The translations under genes were made by a program, and so were the position numbers. The notes below the pieces were generated by a model. The model saw nothing but the letters and a program-made list of their open reading frames with translations, did no database searches and was not told where the DNA came from. Below are positions 43,750 through 56,755 of a stretch of DNA of 64,000 nucleotides, in pieces. The first letter of the stretch is position 1. Each line of letters opens with the position of its first letter. Source of the DNA: Octopus vulgaris (Eukaryota); assembly GCA_951406725.2 (NCBI GenBank), contig OX597821.1, positions 118,792,001-118,856,000 on the forward strand. Reading direction: 5' to 3'.

Positions 43750-45000
43750 AAGCTTGTGATACTATCTGTTGGTGCAGTACAGAGCTAGTCTTGGTGCTTT
43801 TTGAGACCGGCTGGTATTTGTCTTTAAACATCTCATATGAAAGCTGTTCAGTTGACTGATATGCTTACGACAAAGTGCTCAGGTCTTTGCTTCGTATAAA
43901 AGAGTTTTTAGAACAACTGACTTTTATACGTTTATTTTCGCACTCCAAAGTCAATCAAAAGGCCTCCAAAAGCTGTACTGGAGTTTGGGCCGACCTGTCC
44001 TTTGGTACTATAGAACCCGAATATGTAAAAACACCAACTGTTTTCAGAGCTTTGCCTTCAATAAACACGTTGGGCAAAATTTCTAGATTGTTACTAGGAT
44101 CTGACTGATACAACAGTTAAATCATTTTTATGCTGATATTTACGGCAAAAGATGTGGTTCCTGTTGCAAAACTATTAATGATGTGTTGGATGTCCGTGAG
44201 AATATAAGCAACTAGGGCACAATCATCTGCAAAGAGTAAGTTTGTAATTGTCTGAGACGCAATTTTAGTCCTTGCTTCAAAGTGCTGTGCGTTAAAGATA
44301 CCACCCACTGGCCCCTATTCAAACGCAGCCTTGTTTTGTACCATTTTTAGCGTCAAAGACTGAGCCTGGCAACAGTTTGAGAGAAGAGATGCCTTCATAT
44401 TTTTATGTAGGGACGCTATGATATTTAACATTTGCTCGAGAATCCTAAGGTTTGCTCATATTTTCCACAAAGCCTCTTGACATATAGAGTGACAGGCTTT
44501 TGTAAGGTCAACAAATACCACATAGAAGTCTTCATTGCGCTCCCGGGTCAGCTGAATTATCGCAACATGAATATCATATCATACTGTCCATCGACATCAA
44601 CTAAACCCACACAGACTCTCAGAATGGACAGAACAAAGTACATCAGGGTTAATTCTGTTTAAAGGTTCTCTAGAAAGGGATTTTTTCCAGCAAAAGAAAG
44701 CAGAGACATTCCACGATGATTTTCACATCCACACTTATTACATTTATACTTATATAGATGGACAATTTTTAAATTGTTGAGGAACAGTTCCTATTTGCCA
44801 CATTCGGACGATAAGCTCTCTCAATTTATCTATCAAAATATAAATTGGCAGACTTTTCTTTCCAGCAGTGTTCCTTTCTTCAGGCCATTCTTTGAGAAGA
44901 CTATACAATTCTTGAAGTTGTTCATTTATAACCTCATCATTTTCATCAGACTGATTCGGTTTTTGCGGCATGAAATTCCAAGAACTTCTGTGGGTGACTC
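43750..45000 (-). mobile_element. Decayed RTE-like LINE fragment
   Basis: ITNLLFADDCALVA and IVRMWQIGTVPQQFK pieces. Confidence 0.65.
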
Positions 45001-45626
45001 ATAAAAAGGATCCCTAAGTTGACTTCAGGATTCATGCAGTTGAATGTTGAGAAGTTTCAGTCACTCCACAATCGGCCAACAAACAGACTACAATCGAAAT
45101 GCTCAGGACCAGAGTCGGTGCGCGACCTGGGAATCCACATGAGGAATGATGCAACATTCCATGTGCATACTACCAGGATGGTAGCATTGTGCTAGTGAGC
45201 AGCTGGGGGGATTCTGAGAGCATTTAATCACCCGGATTACTCCTCCGAACTGTGGTCGCCACAGATCATCAAACAATATCGAATACAAATTCACAATGTA
45301 TGTGCCATGCTTGTTCACCGTTAGGCTGCCATGTGATGCGCTGGAGTCATCTCTCTCAAGGTGCCGATTGTTAGAACCCTTGAAAGTCATAAACAGGCGA
45401 AGATCATTGAGGTCTCGCCATTTTTATGATTTATGAACATCACGTACGTGAACTGAAGTGAATCGCCAGTCTATGACTATATGAAAATAGTGTAGAAACC
45501 ATTTGCTGGTATGCCACGACGATGGTTAAGTAAGAATAAATTCAAATATGGATGTGAAGCAAACATATTCAGTATAAGTGCTTTGCTTGTTCGCCGATAT
45601 AGATATGTGTGTGTGTGTTTATGTGA

Positions 45627-45682
<56 letters not shown>

Positions 45683-45932
45683 ATATATATATGAATGATA
45701 TTTATGTAGACACACACACATACACAGCTATAGCCGATATAAACGTGTATATATTCGAGGATTCATCCATCTGCCCGCGTTTATGCTAGGGTACCATGTC
45801 TATATTCTGTAATAAAAGCAACAATAATATATGCACTCACACACACACATCATAATATAACAAGTCCATTTCAATTTCTACATTGAAATTGTAACAGAAA
45901 CTAGATTTTAAAGAAAATAATTTTAACGTTAC

Positions 45933-46040
45933 CGTAAAAAGGGACCTTTTCAGTTGTGAATCTTTGAATCTTTGTCGTAACCGTCAGATGCTGTAGGTTT
46001 GGTCTCTCCTGCCGGATTGGCAAAATGTTTCAGCCACTTT
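45933..46040 (-). other. Candidate non-coding first exon of the ANK-RING-DD gene
   Basis: The first coding exon has a splice acceptor, so an upstream exon must exist. This non-repetitive stretch ends in a G|GTAACG donor at 45933. The 5' boundary is a guess. Confidence 0.35.
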
Positions 46041-46260
46041 ACCTATATACCTATCGTAATCAGGATGTTAACACAGTCAGCCAATAATGTTACACCTGGA
46101 AGTTACAACTATTTAATAATTGCGTCGTTTATAACTCTGTCGTGACTCCGAAAACGTCTCTTATTTCTCAATAACTATTTATTTATATATCTATTTCATT
46201 GTGAATGTTGCTTGTAATCTATTTTGAGAAATTGTAATCCATCTCATTGACGATGACTAA
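46010..46260 (-). promoter_or_regulatory. Candidate promoter region
   Basis: Unique sequence next to the candidate first exon, with CCAAT motifs (attgg 46016-46020, ccaat 46081-46085). Conserved in the inverted copy at 62210-62465. Confidence 0.3.
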
Positions 46261-46420
46261 ACAACCGTCCCGTGTTTGTAGACCAAAGTCCATTTGCTTC
46301 TAAAACAAATGGTTCCGGGTTCAGTCCTACCGTGTGGAACCTCTTATAGCCTCGAGCAGACCAATGCCTTGTGAGTGAATTTTGTTGATGGAAACTAAAA
46401 GAAGCCCATTGATGTATATA
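46040..46420. repeat. Left arm of inverted segmental duplication (partner 62045-62465)
   Basis: tttaataattgcgtcgtttataactctgtcgtgactc...aaacgtctcttatttctcaataactattt is the reverse complement of 62300-62375. Confidence 0.9.
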
Positions 46421-46600
46421 TATATATGCATTATGTATGTATGTATGTATAATTATTTAGTTAAAAATATTCAATGAGAATATTATATACTGAATTTATA
46501 TTGTATCAAAGTATTTATACGTTTAATACGAGCGATATTAATTTAAATAATATATTATTAAAAATATATATGAATGTATGTACGTATACATATACATACG

Positions 46601-46644
<44 letters not shown>

Positions 46645-46656
46645 TACATATATACA

Positions 46657-46855
46657 GGTACTACTTAAGGACAATGGTTCCGGTGCGCGCACTCGCGTGC
46701 TCGCTGGCTTGTTGTGACTAGTCGATCCTACATCAACTACATAGCAAAGTAAATAAAAGACAAAAGCACAAAGTAAGGTTCGACTACACATGACTAGCTA
46801 GTGTGGATGAGCGAGTACGCGAGTACGCGCACCGGACCACTGTTATAAAGTAGTA

Positions 46856-46857
<2 letters not shown>
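46657..46857. mobile_element. 201-bp MITE-like element with ~50-bp TIRs inserted in (TA)n
   Basis: ggtactactt...ggttccggtgcgcgcactcgcgtgctcgct pairs with agcgagtacgcgagtacgcgcaccggacc...aagtagtacc. Confidence 0.8.
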
Positions 46858-46915
<58 letters not shown>

Positions 46916-46962
46916 ATGTATATGTATATATATATACATGTATGTATGTATATGTATATATA

Positions 46963-47026
<64 letters not shown>

Positions 47027-47424
47027 ATGTATATATTATATATATATATATTTATGTATATATATATATAATACATTCCAAAACTAACGAAGAGAAAACA
47101 CAAGAAAAAGCAACAGGGTGAGGCCGTGGTACACGCAAAGTATTAAAGGACGCTCAGGGAAGGAAAGAAAGGTTGTTTCACGTTTCGGGCAAAGCTCGTC
47201 TTCGGAAACAGGAGACAGAGGAATGTCCAAGGGAAAATGAAGCTGGAAAAAAAAAAACGCCAGAAATCCACATGTCGTTACATTTTGAAATGACCGGAAG
47301 GAAATGGATGAAGAAAGACTTCTTTCAAAGACAGGAGAGTGTAACAGAAGGAGGTATCTGTGTGCATGCGTGTGTGTGTGTGTTCAAGTGTGTGTGTGTG
47401 TGTATGGTCATGTGTGTATTCTTG

Positions 47425-47506
<82 letters not shown>

Positions 47507-47884
47507 CATATGTATATATATATATATATACATTCATATATACATACACACATACATATATATATATATGTATTTCGATGGGTGAATGAATTATCCTATG
47601 TTTACCGTCACCATGGAAAATTCGATGAACCGATACCAGGGTAGCAAATTCACGTCAGAAACACGGTTGTAGCGACCTATCCAGAGGTAGAAACTCTGGG
47701 CTCATGTGCAGTAGTTTGTGTGTTATAAATGAATAAATAAATAAATGGAGTTGAACGAAGATGTTAAGAAAATTCCTTTATTTTCCACATATGTTTCGAA
47801 GACAACATGGTTTTATTCCAAAGGAATAAACGGTGTAAGATGCAATCTTCTTATTAGGAAAGGGAGGGAGCCCCTCTCAACAAC

Positions 47885-47948
<64 letters not shown>

Positions 47949-47980
47949 CATAAATATATATATATATGTATATATATATG

Positions 47981-48054
<74 letters not shown>

Positions 48055-48389
48055 GGGTTGTATGTGCTTGTGCATGTGTGCGCGTGTATACCCGTATATA
48101 TACATGTTTATATATCCTTGAAAGAGACAGTAACTATAGGTAAGGCGGAAAGCTGGCTGAAACGTTAGCACGCCGAGCGAAATGCTTATGAGAAGAAATT
48201 ATCTGTTTTTATTTATCATCGTATTAGCTCAATTAATATCAACGAGTTCGATTCGATGGATGCTAATGTTATTGATTTTTCAATTAGCCAGGGTGGTAGT
48301 GATGGTTTTGAGTCAAATCTGAATTTTCGTAATAATGAGGAGGGTAGCTATTTGCTTAATAGTAATTCAATTGTCGAAGGCTTGAGTAG

Positions 48390-48830
48390 GGGTGGAAATT
48401 CTCTTCGTGATTGTGGGAACAAAGAAAGATGTTTAATTATAAATTTTTGTAAACATAAAGAAGCGGTTTATGAAGCTGAAATCATTTCTGAGGGTAATCT
48501 TTACATTTATATTGGTTCTTCTGCTAATGATATTAACAAACAAGGTTTCAAACCATTACCTTTCGTTTAGGATCAGAAATAAGGCTTCTTCTATTAGTCT
48601 TAGTAATTTCATCTGAAATCTTAAAGATCATAAAAAATTGTTGTTTATTGAATGGAACATTTTAGGGACGGCTCCGGCCTATAAGACTGCCAATCGGTTC
48701 TGTTCGTTTTGTTTTGAAGAATTATTTTTGATTTGATTTTCTAGAAGAAAGCTGTTAAATTCAAAATCGGAAAGAGGATTTTTAGTGTTCATAGGAATAA
48801 ATGCATGTTTTAAAATTTTCTATAAGTAGG
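48390..48830 (+). mobile_element. Degenerate Penelope GIY-YIG fragment
   Basis: AVYEAEIISEGNLYIYIGSSAND, followed by frameshifted WNILG...CSFCFEE remnants. Confidence 0.6.
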
Positions 48831-49369
48831 TCTTTTAAGGATGCTTCACTTTGTTTAATTTGATAAACCGATTATTGAGAGTTTGATAATCATAGTTTCA
48901 TCCTTTGCATTTACTATTTAAGTAAGTTCTTCTCTCATTTGTTTTTGGATTTCTACGTTGCCATTATTTTAGGTTAGGTTTTTCAAAGGTAAACTCCTTC
49001 CAGTGTTATTTTTTAGATTTAGATATATTTATTCTAGCTTAATAAATCAATATAAGTATTCATTAGATAAAATGTTCATAATTTATTTCTTACTCCTATT
49101 ATTTGTATAATTTATAGCTTACATTTTCATAAAGCTTTTTTTTATATATTATACATACATGTTTACATATATATATATTCTTAGATTGGTTTAATTTGTA
49201 ATGTAATACAAGGAGTTTTATTTTAATTATCGTATTATTATTTTAAAAATAAGCTTTTAATTTGTTTTAAATTTTGAATTTTAGATTTTTAATTTAGGTT
49301 TATCTGATACTTTGAACTGGAAAGAATTTTCCTGCAATTGTTTTGGTAGGGAAACTACTCTGTTTTACC

Positions 49370-50690
49370 ATCTAATTAATAGAAAAATACAATATAGGTA
49401 ATCTGGGCTATAATAGATCCTGTCATCCCATATCAGGGCCAGCGATCCACTTGTGGACTCTGCCTAAAGGAAGCCCTTAAATGTTTAACCCATAACTCAC
49501 CACAATTACTTAACAAACACAATGAAGCCTTCGCAATGTGTGAACACAAATTCTTCTACACTTTTAAATTCTTCCATAAATCCAACTTTAAACTTACCCC
49601 CAACTCACATAACATTTACATACCTCCAGACCCTTCAATACCTTTTCTGTCTACCTTAGTAGCTTATATGATAACTGCTAATTTTTAATTACCTAATAGA
49701 TCCCCTAATCCTTAGTTGTAACCCTTATTCCTAAATCATTTAACATTCACCTGGTTTCTCCATACACAACTCCCTACACAATCATACCGCCTTAGCCGAG
49801 AAATATTTCTACAACCAATGACCTTAGCCATAAAACGAACGGACACTACTTGACCTCTTGCCCCAACCCCTAAAAATTTGTGGGACAGTACTGGCATCTA
49901 CTATCTTCTTTATATCGTCTTCTCTTTGAATCCCTTTCATTTTATTTTACTTTATTTTCTATTTCTTACCTTATCCTCCTTTACCTTCCCCCTCTCTCCT
50001 TATTTATCCTTTTATATTTATTTATCTTTTGGTTTATTTAATTTTAATTTATTTTGTATTTTTTACTTTATCCTCCTTTGCCTTCCTCCTCTCTCCTTGT
50101 ATATTTCTTTACCTATCTTCATGTTTATTTTTGTACATTATATTTTTATATTATTTATCTTATTCTTCCTATCAATCCTTGCCAATGTCCTGTCAATTGC
50201 ATTCCTCTTCCTCTCTCTCTCTCTCTCTACCTCCAGCTCCCCTGCCAATACCTCCTTCTCTATCTATTTATTTTTCTTTCTCATTATCCCTTTATGGCCA
50301 CTTCTGCTATCATTTTCTTACGAACAGTCGATATGGTCAGGTCTCTCTCTGGATACTTATACTATGAGGACTCTAAACATACCTGGATATGGTCGCCTTT
50401 CACTCTGGATATTTACACTATGAAGACTCTAATACTAGCTGGATTTACATAGGATTCTGCTAAAAGACTTAATTTACCAAAAGACTTATGGACAAACATC
50501 TACACTATCGGAAAGTTAAACATTTATATTTCTTTATTCTTCATTTCTTTATATTTCTCCAGGTCTTTATTTCATCGTTTCCTTAATCTCTACCCTGCAC
50601 ATTTTCCCTATTTGTCTCCGATGATGGGATACCCCATATTTTCAGATATCCCAGAAACAGCTGTTAGATCTATAAATTTTTTTTACGGAG
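49370..50690 (+). mobile_element. Penelope-like 3' end: GIY-YIG tail plus 3' region ending in a hammerhead-like motif
   Basis: WAIIDPVIPYQG...CGLCLKEA...LLNKHNE at 49400-49530. Hammerhead-like fold at 50614-50670. Confidence 0.55.
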
Positions 50691-50739
50691 CAACATCGAT
50701 TGTCATGTGGTAGTGAACTCACATAGATACATATTAATA

Positions 50740-51390
50740 CATGAAGCGACAGGCTTCTTTTAGTTTCCGTGCATCAAATCAAGTCTCAATGCTTTGGACG
50801 CCTAAAATGTCTAATAGAACATTCTTGCCCAATGTACCGCACTGTGGGATTGAAACCCGAAGCATGTGATTGAGAAGGGAAAGTATTATCCGACAGTCAC
50901 GCCAACGATGATGATGATGATGATGATCATTGTAAACTGATAGATACAAATATTTGCTCAGTAATCTTATCCCCAATCAGATTTCTTTTGTTGTTAACCT
51001 TAAGTGAGGTGCAACAGATCACGATTTCAGACGCCCATCCTGTCATTGAGATGATTTACTTGAGAGATTTGATCTGAAAGTCACACAAATAGCCCATCTC
51101 CGATATGTGCATACGTCTCCTGCGTCAGTGTGACGTAGGAACTTTTGTCATGGCGGAGACTCGATGCATAGGAGGAAAAACAGGAAGAATATCGTGGGAA
51201 AGAGAGAAAAATGAGGTTAAGAAGCTCAGATAGAGGGATTGGAGATTGGAAGGAGTGGGTGTACAAGGTACATTTGACGAAATGTAGCCGGCCATATAAA
51301 GGTTTAAAGAAGGGGCCGAAGGGAAGAGGGGTAGATTGTGAGAGGAGGGTGACGGCATCGTTGGGTATACTGGGTGCAGTGTTTAGGGGT
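50740..51390. repeat. Left arm of second inverted duplication (partner 58670-59320)
   Basis: Mirror ORFs YTHSFQSPIPLS...GDGLFV at 51081 (-) and 58648 (+), with a shared SINE/unique junction. Confidence 0.9.
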
Positions 51391-51579
51391 TAGGGTTCAC
51401 GAGAGATAATGAAACATACAAATAGATAAACAGACAGATTGAATGTTATATGGAAAGACCGACCGAGAGAAAGAGAGAGAGGGAGAGAGGTATAGATAGA
51501 CAGATTGACTGAGAGCTAAAGAGATGGACAGACAGACAGACAGACAGGTAAACATGCATATACAGGATTTAATTAATAA

Positions 51580-52990
51580 TGTTTGAAATGTTTAATTTGC
51601 TCTGATATTTTCTTGGTTGCTGAAAGGATTTTGACGAAATAAGATGTGTGAGAAAGATAACGAAGGGTAAACGAGTTACCTTTGTGCTCATGTGTGGCAA
51701 AGAAAGAACTAATCCAGATTTATTGGTGAGGAATTCAATTGGCAGAAGGCACACCAACTTCCAATTGATGGGTCATCTGTTGGACGTTTAATTAAGGGAG
51801 CTGGTGGTGTCACTGTCCACTGTCGAATTATCAGACCGAAATGTGCAAATGATCCCATATCAACAGCAGTTGTTTGAGAAATTCTTAGAAACATACTCCC
51901 AAAAATCGACGAAGAAGTTAAGTCGAGACACAGGTGTTATCCAAAGGTCAATATATCGTATTCTCCGTGGACACCACTGCTATCCTTACAAAATTCATCT
52001 GGTGCAGGAATTGCACGCGGATAACGTGGAATTTACGAAACAGCGATCGCTCCATATTTTTCAGTGATGAGTCTATGTTTTATCTAACTGGACACAACTG
52101 TCGCTATTGATCTGGTAATAACGCCAGATGGAAGCAAGATAGCAATGTACGAATCGATAGTACAATTATGGTATGGGCTGCAATACGGGAGGAACAGTTA
52201 ATCGGTCCGAAAGTCTCTGACAGTAATGTGACGGGTGAAAACATACCTTCGAATACTATCGACATTCTTACTGGATTATATATGGAATGTTCCCTGAACA
52301 AAAAGACGGATCATGTTCTTTGAACAGGATGGAGCGCCACTACATTTTGATTTGTTGTTTCCTGGCTTCCAAAATAAACATTTTCCTTGTAGGGCAGGAT
52401 TCATGACAGGTGAACTGTAGACAGGAACTTCGCTGCGGGCTAGCTAGGAAGTTGGTCAACAGCAAAAAGGGACTTCCACTGGGAGAACAGGGACAAAAGA
52501 ATGTTAGCAGCGAGCGTTAAACGAACCAAAATTAACTGAACAGAAATAACTGGCGACTTAAGCCTTGATGTACGTCAAGTAATAAACCTTTTGGTAAATG
52601 TATTCTCGTCTCTAGGAGTTTGAGTGTGCATAGCTTAACAAAGCTATACCCTAACAAATGGAAAGGTGGGAGAGATCCTGTGAGTCACCACAGGAGTAAC
52701 CAGACCTCACGTACCTGGGTTTTATCTGTGGGGCCATTTGAAATCAGTTGTTTATCAGAAGTTTCGTAGAAATATGGAGAAACTTAAAGAAGGAATTGAA
52801 AATGAATGCAGTAAAAAAGAAAGGAACCCCTCCGCCTTGTTTATGAATGCTGCACGTACAGAATGGAAATGTGCTATGAAACGAAATGGAAGCAATTTGA
52901 ACAGCACATATAACAATTAAATAATTAACAGATAAAATCTCAGTGTGTAGGGATACGTTTAATAATTTATCCCTTACGTCCACGGCATTT
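51580..52990 (+). mobile_element. Degenerate Tc1/mariner-superfamily transposase
   Basis: Fragments YPYKIHLVQEL, IFFSDES, VWAAI, FEQDGAPLH and PDLTYLGFYLWGHLKSVVY. Interrupted by unrelated sequence near 52390-52640. Confidence 0.7.
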
Positions 52991-54099
52991 GCGTCGGCCT
53001 CTATATACGTACATACATATATACATTCACATACATCTACTCATTAACTCACACACACTCACGCAAACACACAAGATATAAGAAATATTCAGTTGAATCA
53101 GGTCTGAAATTGAGGCACCTCGTTAGGTCGGAATAATATACAGACACAAAAATATATTGTAAATATCGTAAGTTGGTGTGCAAGAAGACAGTAAATAAGG
53201 AATACTATAGGGTGTACCCAGAGATATGCATGGGTCAAGAATGGATCGAGAGGGATCAGATATATGCTAGAAGAGAAGGAGACCCCGCCTGTTGGAGGGG
53301 AAGAGTAGCAACTGTAACCAACAATTATTAAGGGTCCATGTAGATTTCACTTCCCCTAATATCTGCCCTTAAGTTGTGCCTTTTGAACCAACGGTGTGCC
53401 CTTAGGCACATGATAAGTATATTGGCAAACGACCCTGAAACGTGGGTAGAGGCTGGTTGCTCATGCTTGGACCACAATGGCTGCCGAGTGGGTGGGGAGG
53501 GCAACATGAGGCTGACAGTGTCGTGTATGAGGCTGTGGTGGTACCCGGCCCTACCACCATGAGTAATAGCAGCAACAGCTCATCCAACAACATCAGCGAC
53601 AGAAATAGCAAGGGCGAGCGCGAAATCGGGAGCAAAGCATTAAGCGGCAGAAACCCCAACACCGACATCTACGACTGCAGCACCAACACCAGCACTACGG
53701 CCCGAGATGGTGACCTCAACAGCACCGGCAGAACAACCGGCCCCATGCTCAGAATTAATTGCCATGACACCACCGACAACAGCAGCAGTAGCAGCGGTTT
53801 CGATTCCCAGACCGGGCGTTGTGTGTGTTTATTGAGCGAAAACACCTAAAGCCCCACGAGGCTCCGGCAGGGGATGGTGGTGACCCCTGTTGTACTCTTT
53901 CGCCACAACTTTCTCACACTCTTTCTTCCTGTTTCTTGTCCCCGACTTCCTACGCAACCGCTGAGCCTGGATGCGCAGTCATCCATCCGTCGATGCTCTC
54001 GGTCTCGGGGGTTGACTTGCTTTCTCTCCTGCGGGTTTTACGAATAGCAAAGGACCACATTTCGGCCTCCCCCCGCTAATGGGACGAAGACCGCTTAGC

Positions 54100-54960
54100 T
54101 CAACAAACAAAGAAACAAACATCAACGGCAATAACAGTTTTACTGGACCCACTCACTGAAATATAAAAACACCTATGGTGGCTCCAACGACATCAGCGGC
54201 AACACCACCAACTTGACGCACGGGGTTAACAGAAGATGCACTAGAGAACACAACCAGCACTTGGGTTCGGAAATATATCGGCTCGACCGAACTGCCTTTA
54301 AGCAACGCCTGAACAACCATAGGTCCCCTTTTAGAGTTCCCGAAAGACGTAACTTCATCATCATCATGACGTGGTTCTTTAAGGATGAAGGAAACCCATT
54401 CGAAATAAAATGGAGGATCATAGGAAGTCCGTGGTCCAATATAAGCGGGAACGGACGGTGCAAGATTTGCATGGCAGAGCGGACAAGAATCTTTAGAGAT
54501 TCGACTGGCTTGGAATTTTTTATTAAATTCAAGGCACGAGATATGAAGTCCCTGCTGCCATTTCAAGCGCTCCCTACACATGCGTTCGTCAATAAGGGTT
54601 GTATAGAATGATTTCAGACCGGAAGCAGCCTACAGGTGGAGATGCCCCTTTCATCCTCTAAGTCCACAAGATTTGCTCACTGTACAGGCCTAAGGGAGAT
54701 AACCTGTCTCGTCAAGTCTCAGACAGTGTAGAATATATTTTCGTTTACAAACTAAATGACCGTAACGGTTTTCTTACCTCCAGGTCAAAGAGAGAGTATA
54801 TGCCAGTACGCATTGCAGTCTGACGAGCCATCGGTAAAGCCAAGCGCTTTGTTGATGCTAAACCATTGGCTCTCCTTCGACCGGACAAATATATAACTTC
54901 TTATATATGCATTACTGCACTAATTTTAATAGTGTGCTGCATTTCTCGGTCTATGATTCA
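54100..54960 (+). mobile_element. Penelope GIY-YIG fragment with 3' region
   Basis: FKQRLNNHRSPF...FEIKWRII...GRCKICMAE. Degenerate ctgacga-gcc..ggt-aaa motif near 54820. Confidence 0.6.
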
Positions 54961-54966
54961 CTGACG

Positions 54967-55056
<90 letters not shown>

Positions 55057-55059
<3 letters not shown>

Positions 55060-55353
55060 ACTTATAAATAAGGGCAAACGAAAAATTTCAAATGCTAAAT
55101 ATACCGAAAATTGGACATATTGACCATTTACCATATATTTTTTCCCAGTACGCACGCTACTCGAAAAAAGGTCGACAGAAATCTCTAAAAAAATTCCATT
55201 ATTACCATATCGGAGCGATTTCAGGGTTAGTTCAAAAAGAACCCTCCCTTCGTCAGTGATACATGTATCACTGACGAATGGTAAATGGACACTATATCCA
55301 ATTTTCGGCATATTTGGCATTAGACATTTTTCGTTTGCCCTTATTTATAAGTT
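55057..55353. repeat. Fold-back element with ~78-bp arms and an internal perfect 30-bp palindrome
   Basis: acaacttataaataagggcaaacgaaaaa...ccatttaccat pairs with atggtaaatgg...tttttcgtttgcccttatttataagttgt. The palindrome ttcgtcagtgatacatgtatcactgacgaa lies at 55249-55278. Confidence 0.85.
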
Positions 55354-55440
55354 GTTTATAATTTAACCTTTAAAGGTATTTTTGAATATGCTGGCCATTG
55401 ATAAATTTTTCTTTTCGAAAAAGTTTTATCCTACATTAGA

Positions 55441-55517
<77 letters not shown>

Positions 55518-55521
55518 CTTA

Positions 55522-56690
55522 CAAAAATGGGACAATGACGCAAAACATTCAGATAGTTAGGTGATACAAAAAAGGGACAAGAAAGCATCCAGACATATGA
55601 TACAAAGGGAATAATGACAGGTCATTCGGAGTTTTCTTTCCTCAGTCGAGTTCCAGATTATCGTTGCAGTTTCAGCTGACTATACTTGAGATTGCTCCAA
55701 TCTGGTCACACCCAAGGAAAAACTAAGCTAAGACCATTAGATTCCTTGGATGAAAGCAGCGAATGTATTCAGAAACAAGGACGGAAAAACGGAGATACGT
55801 TACACAAATACAAATAACAGGACATAACGTCAGGTTTCTTACGACTAAGGACGAATGAAATTAAGCTGGCGTGTGTGGAAGTAAAGCCTTATGGCAGGGA
55901 CATAAGATTTGACAGGCTCAGGGAGGAATATAGATCTTGCACGAATGGTAGTCGAACCAAGAAAGAAAGGATAGGCTTAGCCAAACACCGGTCACGTGAC
56001 GAGAGAAGAGAGCGAGGTAGATGCAGAGGGATAGAAGGATTAAGGAGGGGCGAGAAAAAATGAAAGGGATAGAGTGAAGTGAAAGAGGAGGGAAGGTGAG
56101 CTTGAAGAGAAAGCCAGGGAATGTGAGAGAGGGAAAATGAAAGAACGAAGAGTGTAATGAACGAAACAACTGTGAAAGTGCTGCTTCACTTCACTTCATT
56201 CTATCCCTTTCATTTTTTCTCGCCCCTCCTTAATTCTTCTATCCCTTTGCCTCTACATCTATCTCTTCTCTCCCCACGTGACCGGTGTTTAGACAAGCCT
56301 ATCCTTTCTTTCTTGGTTCGACTACCATCCGTGCTAGATCTATATTCCTCCCTGTGCCTTACAAATCCAATGTCCCTGCCGTAAGGCTTTACTTCCACAC
56401 ACGCCAGCTTAATTTAATTCGTCCTTAGTCGAAAGACACCTGTTGTTATGCCCTGTTATTTGCATTTGTGTAATGTTTCTCCGTTTTTCCGTCCTTGTTT
56501 TCGTATAGTGCTCTTAGCTTAGTTTTTTATTGGGAGTAGCCAGATTGGAGCAATCTCGAGTATAACCAGCCGAAATTGCAAAGATAATCTGGAACTCGAC
56601 TGAGGAAAAAAACTTCGAATGACCCGTCCTTGTTTTCTATGTATCGTCTTTCAGAATGTTTTGCGTTCTTGTCCCATGTTTGTATTTTTT
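55522..56690. repeat. Inverted repeat, ~500-560-bp arms with ~100-bp spacer; third partial copy at 58177-58550
   Basis: Mirror ORFs MEVKPYGRDI... at 55875 (+) and 56398 (-). Ends atgggacaatgacgcaaaacattc pair with gaatgttttgcgttcttgtcccat. Confidence 0.9.
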
Positions 56691-56716
56691 ATATATAAGC
56701 GGCGTACGTACACTTT

Positions 56717-56755
<39 letters not shown>

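Noticed and set aside
49878-50452. Hydrophobic 181-aa ORF resembling a membrane protein
   Set aside because: A T/C-rich low-complexity tract open in all three frames, lying in the 3' region of a Penelope relic.
53442-53849. Ser/Asn/Thr-rich 135-aa ORF
   Set aside because: Low-complexity (cag/caa) sequence within repeat debris, with no splice or domain support.
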